NCBI RefSeq assembly: GCF_000372725.1
Contig: NW_005201176.1
Coordinates: 222,038 to 286,037, forward strand
Length of the DNA: 64,000 bases
Source of the DNA: Emiliania huxleyi CCMP1516
Taxonomy: Eukaryota
Direction: 5' to 3'
Made by a program: the position numbers and the translations under genes. A model generated the notes under the pieces. It saw only the letters and a program-made list of their open reading frames with translations, ran no database searches and was not told the origin of the DNA. Of this stretch, positions 1-10,491 are shown in pieces (positions within the stretch are counted from its first letter, which is position 1; each line of letters starts with the position of its first letter).

Positions 1-39
1 CTCTCTTTCACAGCAAAACGACCGCCCCATACCCCACTA

Positions 40-1001
40 GGCACCGCTGCATCTCCGCCTTCTTTGCGGCCTACCCGACGCCATCGGCCTTCCAGGCAGA
101 GGTGGTGCAGCGCGGGCAGGTCCATGTCTCCCCATATCTACCCATCTCTCCCCATCTCTCGGCTAGTTCGACGACCGTCTCGAGTCGTCTCCCCACCTCT
201 CCCCATCTCTCCCCATCTCTCCCCATCTCTCCCCATCTCTCCCCATCTCTCCCCATCTCTCCCCACCTCTCCCCATCTGGTGCAGCGCGGGCAGGTCGAC
301 GCGCCCACGCGCACCGGGCCTCGCACTCTGAATGCCGGGCCCGCCCCTGTGTGCCTTAGACGCGGAGTCGCGAGGGACCAGCCTGGCCCTTGCCCCACCA
401 CCGCCGTGTGTGTGTGTGTGGAGAAGTGCACCTCGCCTCACCTCTCCTTGCCCTACCTCAGGTCGACGCGCTGCGCGGTCTGGTCAACTCGCTCGGCCTG
501 TTCGACGACCGTCTCAAGTGTCTCCCCATCTCTCCCCATCTCTCCCCCTCTCTCCCCCTCTCTCCCCATCTCTCCCCATCTCTACCCATATCTACCCCTC
601 TCTCCCCCTCTCTCCCCATCTCTCCCCACCTCTCCCCATCTCTCCCCATCTCTACCCATATCTACCCATCTCTCCCCATCTCTCCCCATCTCTCCCCACC
701 TCTCCCCATCTCTCGGCTAGTTCGACGACCGTCTCGCTGCTCGCCATCACTGACCCTACCCCCTACCCCTCTCCTCAACCCCCACCCTCACCCTCACCCC
801 CACCCTCACCCCCACCCTCTCCCCAACCCTAGGTCGCTGCTCGCCATCACGACCGCCTTCCTGCTGCCCGCGGAGGGGGAGGACGCGTTCGCGGTCGACC
901 TGAAGAAGCGCGAGCAGGGGGGGCACAAGATCCACGGCGTCGGAGAGTTTGGGTGGCACAGCTGGCTCATCTTCTGCCGCGACATGGGCGCCACCCTCAA
1001 G
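40..1001 (+). CDS. MBD4-like HhH-GPD DNA glycosylase, internal exons (partial; truncated by window start and N gap)
   Basis: Joined exons (~40-119, 462-518, 833-1001) read HRCISAFFAAYPTPSAFQAEVVQRGQ/VDALRGLVNSLGLFDDRL/SLLAITTAFL...KIHGVGEFGWHSWLIFCRD, matching the MBD4 catalytic pattern (F..YP....LGL...R...LHGIGKYG.DSY.IFC). Exon boundaries approximate. Confidence 0.65.
125..715. repeat. Intronic 10-bp tandem repeats (CTCCCCATCT)n, two tracts
   Basis: Directly visible at ~125-278 and ~520-715. Confidence 0.95.
305..458 (-). mobile_element. SINE-like family S1, diverged copy inside an intron
   Basis: Reverse complement aligns by eye to 37737-37880 and 38853-38980; flanked by the 13-bp direct repeat CAGGTCGACGCGC (292-304, 459-471). 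Confidence 0.7.
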
Positions 1002-1115
1002 GTTGGCTCCAGAGGCCGTCGGGACACCGCTCTTCCACACACACACACCCTCTCCTTGAGACACCGCTCTCACACACACCGCACAGACTCCCCCCCTGCG
1101 TTGCTGGTGGAGTGG

Positions 1116-1804
1116 NNNNNNNNNNNNNNNNNNNNNNNNNNNNNNNNNNNNNNNNNNNNNNNNNNNNNNNNNNNNNNNNNNNNNNNNNNNNNNNNNNNNN
1201 NNNNNNNNNNNNNNNNNNNNNNNNNNNNNNNNNNNNNNNNNNNNNNNNNNNNNNNNNNNNNNNNNNNNNNNNNNNNNNNNNNNNNNNNNNNNNNNNNNNN
1301 NNNNNNNNNNNNNNNNNNNNNNNNNNNNNNNNNNNNNNNNNNNNNNNNNNNNNNNNNNNNNNNNNNNNNNNNNNNNNNNNNNNNNNNNNNNNNNNNNNNN
1401 NNNNNNNNNNNNNNNNNNNNNNNNNNNNNNNNNNNNNNNNNNNNNNNNNNNNNNNNNNNNNNNNNNNNNNNNNNNNNNNNNNNNNNNNNNNNNNNNNNNN
1501 NNNNNNNNNNNNNNNNNNNNNNNNNNNNNNNNNNNNNNNNNNNNNNNNNNNNNNNNNNNNNNNNNNNNNNNNNNNNNNNNNNNNNNNNNNNNNNNNNNNN
1601 NNNNNNNNNNNNNNNNNNNNNNNNNNNNNNNNNNNNNNNNNNNNNNNNNNNNNNNNNNNNNNNNNNNNNNNNNNNNNNNNNNNNNNNNNNNNNNNNNNNN
1701 NNNNNNNNNNNNNNNNNNNNNNNNNNNNNNNNNNNNNNNNNNNNNNNNNNNNNNNNNNNNNNNNNNNNNNNNNNNNNNNNNNNNNNNNNNNNNNNNNNNN
1801 NNNN
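1116..1804. other. Assembly gap (N run); further gaps at 4161-4260 and 6422-6522
   Basis: Runs of n. Confidence 1.
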
Positions 1805-2547
1805 TGCCCCGGCTAGTTCCCGAGGTCGTCGGGAGTGACCCCTTCGCCGCCCGAGACCTAGCGCGGGTGGGTTGGAGGGGGGCTCGCTGCAGGGAAGGGC
1901 TGTGTAAGAAGCCGATCCCCGTAGTCCGCCCCGCTCCTCCCCGTCGGGCCGCGTGAGCGGCCACGCCTCGCAGATTCGTTTTCGCGCCTGGGTCAGGCGC
2001 GCGGGGCATCCCCCGGGTCGCTCGCTCGACCAGCGATCCGAAGAGTGGCCGCTATGCGAAGGAAAGAGCGGGGCCCTCGACGCCTCAGTCCGGCCCTCCG
2101 AGGGGGGAAGGGAATTGCGGGGTCCCCACGGGCGCCTCAGTTCGGCCCTCCCGAGGGGGGGAGGGGGGCGGGGGGGAGGGGTCTCGGGTTTCGTGTGGCT
2201 AATACTCTTGCCTTTCGGGGAGGGGCCTCGGTTCAAGCGCTCATCACAGGAGTGGGAGCTGCCTGACGTCTCCCCCCCCTCCCTCGAGGCAGCGAGTAGG
2301 CAGCGAGTAGTGAGGGTGGGGGGGCCTCGGTTGGAAGGCGCGCATGCAGCCCTACGTCTTCCCCTCCACCCTCGAGAGTACCTATACGCTAGACGAGCGA
2401 AGGGCGGTGGCCAGTGCGCGGGCGAGGGGAGGGGGCACGGGGGCGGCGGGCGGGCGGGCGGGGAGGAGGGGAGGGGAGGGGAGGCTTAGCCATGCAGCTG
2501 CTGTCGAGCCGAGGCGGCGGCAGCCGCCGCAGCTGCACCGCCTCCTC
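1805..2547 (-). mobile_element. Dispersed repeat family R1, copy A (probable non-LTR retroelement 3' region)
   Basis: Near-identical to 5563-6328; other copies at 21583-21937 and 47129-47236. Confidence 0.75.
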
Positions 2548-2905
2548 TGGTGCGCTACCCGTGTCCGGGTGGGTTGCACTGTCATGTCAGGCATGCTACA
2601 TGGCCCCTGGAGACTGCCTTGCAGCTGGAGGCTGGCTGGGGACCCTACCTAAGCTCCACAGAAGGCCTGGAGGCTCTTCCCGGCCTGCCCCGAGAGACCG
2701 GCTAGGGGAGCCGTGCCGGCACCAACTTTAGCCGTGAATACATCCAGATCCCCCCATGAAACAAAGACCAAACTTCTCCCACATAGCCATTAGGACCCAG
2801 TAACTAAAATATGTTGGGCAGGGCAATTTGTTAATGGCAGAAAAAGAATGGTGAGGGTGGCACACTATGGCACACTAGGTGATTCACGGATATGCGTGTT
2901 GTACT

Positions 2906-3262
2906 ATTATGAATCGCACAAAGATTCCCGTTTTCTCCCCTCACAGGATGCAGATGCAGAATGCAGAATGCAGAATCGGCCCCAAATAGGAAAGCTGTGA
3001 ACTGCACCCGATGCAGGATGCAGATGCAGAAGCCAAATGCAGAAGCGGGCCCAAAAGAGCTAGATCACAGCGCTCCTGTGAGATACGTGCAGGATGCAGG
3101 ATGCAGAATGCGGAATGCAAAAACTCACCCACAGCCAGGAGAGAGCGGACAGAGTACCGATGCAGGATGCAGGTGCAGAATGCAAACACTCGCCCAATAT
3201 AGGTAGGAGAGGCCAAAAAAAGGGTCGTACAGAATGCACAATGCAGGTGCGGAATACATAAT
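2906..3262. repeat. ATGCAG-motif-rich element with imperfect terminal inverted repeats (MITE-like)
   Basis: Many ATGCAG(A/G) units; ends ATTATGAATCGCAC (2906-2919) and GTGCGGAATACATAAT (3247-3262) are imperfect reverse complements. Confidence 0.5.
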
Positions 3263-3292
3263 CCCACCCGGCGGTGGGGCGCTGCCCCTCAC

Positions 3293-4160
3293 TCATGCCC
3301 GCTCGGCCACCTCCGCCCGGACCTTCTCGAGCTCCGTGTCGCGCGCCGCCACCGTCCCTTTGAGCTCCGCCACCTGGTCGAGCGCGTCGCCGAGCAGCCC
3401 CTTGGCCACGCCCAAGTCGCGCAGCTGCTCCACGCCGCCGCTCGCCCGCACCTCGGCGGCGTGGTCGGCCACGTAGCGGCGGCACTGCGCGAGGAGCCGC
3501 CCGTCGCCCGTCGTGTGCGCCGCCTCGAGCAGCGGCACGGCGCTCGCCGGCCCGACGCTCTCCTGCAGCGCCTGCGCGCAGAGCAGCTCGAGGCGCGGCA
3601 CCTGGTACATCTGCGCCAGCTCCCGCAGCACGAGCGCGCGCCGTGCCTGCTCGCCCTCCCCCTCGCCGAGGTCGAGCTGGTCGGTGCAGAGGTAGTCGAT
3701 GAAGGCGGTGAAGCTGGCGAGGTCCGTCTTGGGCACCGTGATCTCGGCGGCGTCGCGCTCCTTCATGCCGATGCCTAACATCTTCCCATAGTACTCGGAC
3801 CGCACGCAGAGCAGGTTCTTGCTCACGTGCTCGATGCGCTCCTCGTCGTCGCCGACCAGGAAGGTGACCAGGCCGGTGGGGAGGGTGGGGTCGCCCCGCG
3901 TCTTCTTCAGGTCTGCCACGAGGGTCGAGGGCGGCACCACAATCGGCGCAAAGGAGGGAGGCGGAGGAGGCGCAGACACGCAGACCTGGCGGAGAGCCGT
4001 CGCTCCCGACATCGCTCCCGTGCGGACCAGAAGAGTGCTGCCATCGGGGCTGATGGCGACGCCAACTGGGCGCTTGAACTCCGCCGCATCGCCCACGCCA
4101 TCCGCGCTGCCCTTAGCGCCGCTGCCCGCGACAGTCGTCACCGCGCCCGTCGCCACCTCC
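3293..4160 (-). CDS. NHL-repeat + BTB/POZ domain protein, 5' end lost in gap
   Basis: VTTVAGSG..GSADGVGDAAEFKRPVGVAISPDG (NHL repeat); VTFLVG...HVSKNLLCVRSEYYGKML..GMKE...F.AFIDYLCTD...LAQMYQVPRLELLC (BTB). Confidence 0.9.
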
Positions 4161-4449
4161 NNNNNNNNNNNNNNNNNNNNNNNNNNNNNNNNNNNNNNNN
4201 NNNNNNNNNNNNNNNNNNNNNNNNNNNNNNNNNNNNNNNNNNNNNNNNNNNNNNNNNNNNTGCAACTCTCTAGACATTGGCATGCACCCCACGTCGTAGC
4301 TCGTGCAAGGAAAAGTATCGGGGGCGCCCCTCACGGTGCGTGGGTCTCGCCTGTTCTCTTGAGAGCGTGCGTGGTCGGAGGCATCATCCTACGCAGCACG
4401 CGACCCAGTCGAGTGCGATTACTGCTGCACTTAGGCTCGCACTGACGCT

Positions 4450-4797
4450 TCAGTACGAGTCTTCTGAGGTGAGCGGCGCCTTGAAGGTGGCAGAGTCGGT
4501 ACAAACCCACGCGTCCGGCGCCAACCCCATCCACTCAGGCGCCAGAAAGCACTGCGTGCAAACGTCATCAGAAGGGCCCTCCGTGACGTGCCAGTCTTCA
4601 CTGCTGATGCCCATGAAGGTCTCGGGCACCTCTGTGGCAAAGGGAGCGCTCAGCCGCTGTGGAAGGCGATAGCTGGTCGGGCCAGGAGTGCTCCATGCGC
4701 GGGCGATGGCGGCCCGGCGCGACTCGATGGCGGGCCGGGTGCCACCGCGCGGTGTGTTCAGGGCGGCTGGGGACGCGAGGGCGGTAGCGGCGAGCAT
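4450..4797 (-). CDS. Small hypothetical protein (115 aa) with hydrophobic/transit-like N-terminus and C-terminal C-x2-C...W-x-C motif
   Basis: ATG-initiated single ORF with non-repetitive composition; no family recognised. Confidence 0.4.
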   Translation of the reverse strand: MLAATALASPAALNTPRGGTRPAIESRRAAIARAWSTPGPTSYRLPQRLSAPFATEVPETFMGISSEDWHVTEGPSDDVCTQCFLAPEWMGLAPDAWVCTDSATFKAPLTSEDSY

Positions 4798-5227
4798 CGA
4801 GGCAGAGTGGATGGTTGGGCGCTTCGGCGGCAGGCGCCAAGGAATAGTCAGTCCGGTTTAGGCGCCAAGGATGAACGAAGTCAGTTTCCCGGATAGTGTT
4901 CTTCTTTTTTTGAGCGTGCAGCTTCGCCGGTCCCGTAGCCTAGAGAGCCCGCGCCGATGAGTGAGTTCTTCTGTCCGACGAGCGGCTTGCTGTGCGGACG
5001 CCTTCTTGTGGCTCTCGTCAGCGTTTTGCGGCCCGGCGGGTGTGAGAATGATGAATGAATGTCTGTCGTTCTGATGTGTCACTGTGTACGTCACATCGGT
5101 CTTGATAATAAGCACGGTCGATCCGTCGAAGCGATACACTCGTTCCTATCACGTTGGACGGCTTGCATGGAGCATGGAGCTCTGTGCCGGCACACAGGAA
5201 GAGCCGTGCTGCAAGAAGAGCTCGAAA

Positions 5228-5383
5228 GTGCTCACCCAGGTTTCGGAAGTCCACCTTGTCGACAGACCTCTGATCTGTGTGTAGCGGATCACCATGTTGG
5301 TCGCGCTCTGCGAGAGGACAACCGTGAGCCGCGGATGCTTGCTCGGACGCGGACCCGCCCCGTGCCGAGTTGCAGACCCAGAG
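5228..5383. repeat. Dispersed repeat family R2, copy 1
   Basis: Near-identical to 9510-9663 (GTGCTCACCCAGGTTTCGGAAGTCC...TTGCAGACCCAGAGG). Confidence 0.85.
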
Positions 5384-5439
5384 GTTGAAACAAAGCAAGG
5401 AAACAAAGCAAGGCGGACTATTGATTGGCCTGTATGTAC

Positions 5440-6328
5440 TCTCGAGGTTCTCGAGGTGGATATCCTTTGGCCGCGTTGGGTAGCGAGGATTGGTGTAACC
5501 CGAGCCACGGAGGCGTGTTTTCTGACGGCCGACCGTCAGTGCACGGAGTTGCCCCTTCTCCGACTGCCTCGGCTAGTTCCCGAGTTTCGCGGGAGTGACC
5601 CCATGCGTCAAACCCGAGACCTAGCGCGGGTGGGTTGGAGGGGGGCTCGCTGCAGGGAAGGGCTGTGTAAGAAGCCGATCCCCGTAGTCCGCCCCGCTCC
5701 TCCCCATCGGGCCGCGTGAGCGGCCACGCCTCGCAGATTCGTTTTCGCGCCTGGGTCAGGCGCGCGGGGCATCCCCCGGGTCGCTCGACCAGCGATCCGA
5801 AGAGTGGCCGCTATGCGAAGGAAAGAGCGGGGCCCTCGACGCCTCAGTCCGGCCCTCCGAGGGGGGAAGGGAATTGCGGGGTCCCCACGGGCGCCTCAGT
5901 TCGGCCCTCCCGAGGGGGGGAGGGGAGCAAGGGGGTGGGGGGATGGGGGCGGCGGGGGGGAGGGGTCTCGGGTTTCGTGTGGATAATACTTGCCTTTCGG
6001 GGAGGGGCCTCGGTTCAAGCGCTCATCACAGGAGTGGGAGCTGCCTGACGTCTCCCCCCCCTCCCTCGAGGCAGCGAGTAGGCAGCGAGTAGTGAGGGTG
6101 GGGGGGCCTCGGTTGGAAGGCGCTCATGCAGCCCTACGTCTTCCCCTCCACCCTCGAGAGTACCTATACGCTAGACGAGCGAAGGGCGGTGGCCAGTGCG
6201 CGGGCGAGGGGAGGGGGCGGGGGGGCGGCGGGCGGGCGGGCGGGGAGGAGGGGAGGGGAGGGGAGGCTCTTAGCCATGCAGCTGCTGTCGAGCCGAGGCG
6301 GCGGCAGCCGCCGCAGCTGCACCGCCTC
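5440..6328 (-). mobile_element. Dispersed repeat family R1, copy B (longest)
   Basis: Shares the terminus CCACCTCGAGA (read on the minus strand) with the copies at 21583-21937 and 47129-47236. Confidence 0.75.
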
Positions 6329-7124
6329 CCGAACCTCCCGTCGCGCCGCGGTCGCCGCTCCCTCAGGTTCAGCGCCGTCGCCGCGTCGTGCCCCGCCGCA
6401 GCCTCTCAGGAAGGGTCAGTGNNNNNNNNNNNNNNNNNNNNNNNNNNNNNNNNNNNNNNNNNNNNNNNNNNNNNNNNNNNNNNNNNNNNNNNNNNNNNNN
6501 NNNNNNNNNNNNNNNNNNNNNNGTGCTGTTCTTGTAGGCGTGTGCTACGGCACCATGGCCCAGTGCACCGCCGGGATCGCCGCACAAAGCAATTGGATGT
6601 CGGTGACCGGCCACTACCCGCTGCTACAAGTATGACAGCGAGCGCGGCCGGTGCGCCAGCAAAAAGTGCAAGCCGCCGACACGCTTGCCGTTAACGCATT
6701 CATGACCCGCGTGTCCTTCCCACAGGTGCGTGCCGAAGGACGCGAAGCCGGCGCGTGGCTACTACAACACGCCGGACGATTGCGAGGCGTTTTGGCACAC
6801 CCGGGGTCGCACTGCCCTCACCCTTGCCCCCTCCGCCGCCGCCCTCGCCCTCCCCGCCGCCCTCGTACGACCGCCACCACGGTCGGTACGATGGCTACCG
6901 TCACGGCCGTTACGACGACCGCCACCGGCACGGTCGGCGCGATCGAGACGACGACGGAGACGACTACGATCGAGACGACGATGACGGCGACGACTACTCG
7001 TACTAGTGCGATCGAGATAGAGCGTCCCACTCTTCGGCGAGAGGAGTTTGAGGGCGACTTAGTGCCCATGCCACAGGATCACCAGGTAGGCTCGGCGGTG
7101 GTTTTTCTTTTTCGCCGAGGCAGC

Positions 7125-9200
7125 ATGTACATGGTCCGCCGCACGCCGCCTCCGCCGCCTCCCGAGGGCGTCGGCGACGTCCCCGCGAGCATTCGGAAGG
7201 CCGCCAAGGATGGCCAAGCGGGAGCGGTGCTGGTGTGGCTCGACGGCGGCGGGCGGATCGACGAGAGGTTCGAGTACACCTTTTCGGACGGCTCTTGCAT
7301 GAGCGGCATGACGCTGCTGATGGTCGTGATGGCCAATGGCCACGAGGAGCTGGCCGAGGCGCTTCTGCGGCGCGGCGCAGACGTCTCGTTGCAGAAGAGC
7401 AACGGTGGCACCGCGCTGATTCTCGCCGCCGGGAATGGCCACGAGAACCTGGTCGAGCTGGCATTGCGGCACGGCGCGGAGGTCAACCAGCAAAGCAAGA
7501 TTGGCAACACTGCGCTGATGGATGCCGCCTACAAAGGCCACGAGCGGGTGGTCGACACGCTGATCCGGCACGGCGCAGAGATCAACCTGCAGACCAGCAA
7601 GGGCGGCACCGCACTGATGCTCGCCGCCGTCAACGGCTGCCCCGCCGTGGTGCTCCGCTTGCTGCGGGCGGGCGCAGACATGAAGCTGCGCTCTAGCGGC
7701 GGCAAGACGGCGCTGCAGATGGCCAAGGAGGAGGGCCACGCCGAGTGCGTCGAGGCCTTCAGGGCGTATCTCGGGGAGGTGGCGGGCCGGCGCGAGGCGC
7801 CGTCGGCCGAGGTGGACGGCGCAGGGGCGGGAGAGGCGCCCGCAGGCGAGGCGGAGGCGGGCGCCAGTGCTGCGGCCTCTGCTTTGAGCGGCGAGGGCGG
7901 CGCAGAGACCGCGCCGGGCAGCGAGGCGGTGCCAGAGGAGGTCGTGCTAGCGGCTGAGCGAGGCGAGGAGGCGGCGGTGCTGGCGTGGCTCGACGGCGGC
8001 GGGCGGATCGACGCGGCGTTCGAGTTCGTCTTTGATGACGGCCCTATGAGCGGCGTGACGCTGCTGATGGTCGCAATGGGCTACGGCCACGCGGAGCTGG
8101 CCGAGGCGCTTCTGCGGCGCGGTGCAGACATCTCTTTGCATAACGGCAACGGCGGCACCGCGCTGAGCCTCGCCGCCTCGAACGGCCGCGAGGAGATGGT
8201 TGAGCTGGCACTGCGGCACGGCGCGGAGGTCAACCAGCAAAGCAAGATTGGCAACACTGCGCTGATGATGGCCGCCGATGAAGGCCACGAGCGGGCGGTC
8301 GACACGCTGATCCGGCTCGGCGCGAAGATCGACCAGCAGTCCAGCGCCGGCGACACCGCACTGATGCAGGCCGCTTTCTGCGGCCACCCCGCCGCCCTTC
8401 TCCGCTTGCTGCGGGCGGGCGCAGACATGACGCTGCGCACTACGGCTGGCTGGACCGCGCTGCAGCTTGCCAAAGACAAGGGCCAAACCGAGTGCGTGCG
8501 CGCCCTCGAGGAGCATGCGGCGGCCGAGAAGGCGGCCGAGAAGGCGGCGAAGGAGGCGGCATGGGCTGCGGGGGCGGCGGAGAGGGCGGCGCAGAGGGCG
8601 GCGGAGGAGAAGGAGGCGGCGCGGCACGCCGACGAGCTGCTGGCGGAGGTCGAGGCGGAGAAGCGCGCCAAGGGCAAGAAGGGCAAGAAGAAGAAGAAGG
8701 GCGGAGGGGCGGGCGGGGCTGGGCCGTCGCAGGAGACGGAGGAGGGTGCCGAGGCGCCGTCGGAGGCAGCCACAGCCGAGGCTGCGAAGAAGGCCGAGGA
8801 GGAGAGAATGATCAGGCTTCTCGAGAAGTGTCACGAGGAGAGGATCCGGCTCGGCATCACGGCGGAGAGCCAGGCGGCGGCGTCGGCAGAGGTGGCTAAG
8901 GCGGCGCGCTTGGACGCTGAGGCGGACGAGGCGGAGGAGGAGGCGGAGGCGGACAAGGAGGAGGAGGAGGCGGCCGTGGCGGCGCTGGCGGCTGCCGAGG
9001 TGGCGCGTGCGGAGGCCAGGGCGGCGCGTGCGGAGGCCAGGGCGGCGCTGCGCCGGGCCGATTTGGCGCTCGAGGGGAGCGAGACCGCGCTCGAGGAGGC
9101 GGCTGCTGCTGCAGAGGCGAGGGGTGCCGCTGCGGCCGCTTCGATGGCCAGGGCAGTTGCAGCCAGGATGGCGGCGGATGCGGCCCAGGAGCGCCCCTGA
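7125..9200 (+). CDS. Intronless ankyrin-repeat protein: two duplicated ankyrin blocks plus C-terminal Ala/Glu/Lys coiled coil
   Basis: Repeated GxTALxxAAxxGH motifs; blocks ~7225-7750 and ~7975-8500 are similar at DNA level; the ATG at 7125 is in frame with ORF 6651-9200. Confidence 0.9.
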   Translation: MYMVRRTPPPPPPEGVGDVPASIRKAAKDGQAGAVLVWLDGGGRIDERFEYTFSDGSCMSGMTLLMVVMANGHEELAEALLRRGADVSLQKSNGGTALILAAGNGHENLVELALRHGAEVNQQSKIGNTALMDAAYKGHERVVDTLIRHGAEINLQTSKGGTALMLAAVNGCPAVVLRLLRAGADMKLRSSGGKTALQMAKEEGHAECVEAFRAYLGEVAGRREAPSAEVDGAGAGEAPAGEAEAGASAAASALSGEGGAETAPGSEAVPEEVVLAAERGEEAAVLAWLDGGGRIDAAFEFVFDDGPMSGVTLLMVAMGYGHAELAEALLRRGADISLHNGNGGTALSLAASNGREEMVELALRHGAEVNQQSKIGNTALMMAADEGHERAVDTLIRLGAKIDQQSSAGDTALMQAAFCGHPAALLRLLRAGADMTLRTTAGWTALQLAKDKGQTECVRALEEHAAAEKAAEKAAKEAAWAAGAAERAAQRAAEEKEAARHADELLAEVEAEKRAKGKKGKKKKKGGGAGGAGPSQETEEGAEAPSEAATAEAAKKAEEERMIRLLEKCHEERIRLGITAESQAAASAEVAKAARLDAEADEAEEEAEADKEEEEAAVAALAAAEVARAEARAARAEARAALRRADLALEGSETALEEAAAAAEARGAAAAASMARAVAARMAADAAQERP

Positions 9201-9509
9201 GAGGTCACGGTGCGACTCTCGAAATGTCTTGTGTGCATCGATCTTGTGCGCGGGCGCGGGTGGGGGGTCCCGGTCTTTTTTAGAGGTGGAAGTCTCCCTG
9301 GCCCACTGTGGAGTTTGTGTTTGAGGGCGACTTAGTGCCCATGCCACGGGCGCCCCTCTTGAGAGGGGAGACTAGTTCCCTCAAGCCGCTCGCCTGCGTT
9401 TCGGAAAGCCGCTCGCTCGTGTACTGTACCGTGCGTATGCTTGGGTAGCCTAGAGATAGAGGTGAGAAAGAGCTCGATGGGGTGCAATGGGGAGCGAGAA
9501 CCGTCAGAG

Positions 9510-9663
9510 GTGCTCACCCAGGTTTCGGAAGTCCGCCTTGTCGACAGAAGCTCTGATCTGTGTGTAGCGGATCACCATGTTGGTCGCGCTCTGCGAGAGG
9601 ACAACCGTGAGCCGCGGATGCTTGCTCGGACGCGGACCCGCCGTGCGAGTTGCAGACCCAGAG
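9510..9663. repeat. Dispersed repeat family R2, copy 2
   Basis: Matches 5228-5383. Confidence 0.85.
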
Positions 9664-9890
9664 GAGGCCGACCCAGCTCATCCCCAGTGAGGCCATGCCC
9701 AGCGCGGTCAGCCATGAGGGGCCTTTTGGCCAAAACTTTTAAGCCCCTCTCAGAAAAGTTAGCGACCGGGTAAGCTGAAACATGAACTGTGGGAGACTGG
9801 GTAAATAAACTGGTTTGACGGAAATTGTAATCTCTGCGCGAGGTCGCGAATCTCAAAACCCGGGTATTCTCTGAAAATTATCCTTATAGC

Positions 9891-9920
9891 TTATTTATTT
9901 TATTTTATTTATTTATTTAT
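9891..9920. repeat. (TTAT)n microsatellite
   Basis: Directly visible. Confidence 0.9.
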
Positions 9921-10491
9921 AATACAAGCCCCTCTCACAACAGACTGGCACGGACGAGGAATGTTGACATCCCCAGCTACTGTTAATTAATTAATAGCTA
10001 GTAGTAGCAGGTAGGGGCAGTTTTCGAGGCAGTTAGTTTGGTGTTTGGGGAGAGCGAGAGTCCTCAGTTTGGTGCTTTTTGGTCACAGACAGGGCGCACC
10101 GGTCGCGTTGGAGCGGCTCCGCGCGGGGAGGTGGGTGGGTGTATGTAGGGTGGGCCGCTGGCACCATCCATGCCATCCCAGGGCCGGGTGTTTTTTGTGA
10201 GCCGAGTCGAGCCGAGTCGAGCCGAGTCGAACGGAGTGAGCCGATGGAGCTGCACGGAGCTGCCACCGCACCATCTAGCGGCTAAGACACAGAGTGTTGC
10301 TACCAGGGTAGAGTGTTGCAAGCGATCTATGAATTGAGGCGGCTGCGTGGGGCGCTCTCGTAAGAGCGCCCGCCCGCGCTGCCATAGGTTGCCCGCTGCG
10401 CTGCCAATCGTTTCGGGGTGCTGTCTCCAGGCCCGGCGAATCTTCACAGCGCGGCTGTGCTCCTTCGTCCACAGCCTCACGCTGACTCACC

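Noticed and set aside
390..2236. Long ORFs containing X runs
   Set aside because: Artefacts of reading through the N gap and tandem repeats.
1805..6328. R1 copies A and B as LTRs of one element carrying the BTB gene
   Set aside because: No TG...CA ends or gag/pol sequence were seen, truncated copies elsewhere fit a non-LTR end better, and gaps make assembly duplication possible.
6523..7006. Possible terminal exons of a gene lost in the gap
   Set aside because: Plausible splice signals, but the sequence is too short and the reading frame is ambiguous.
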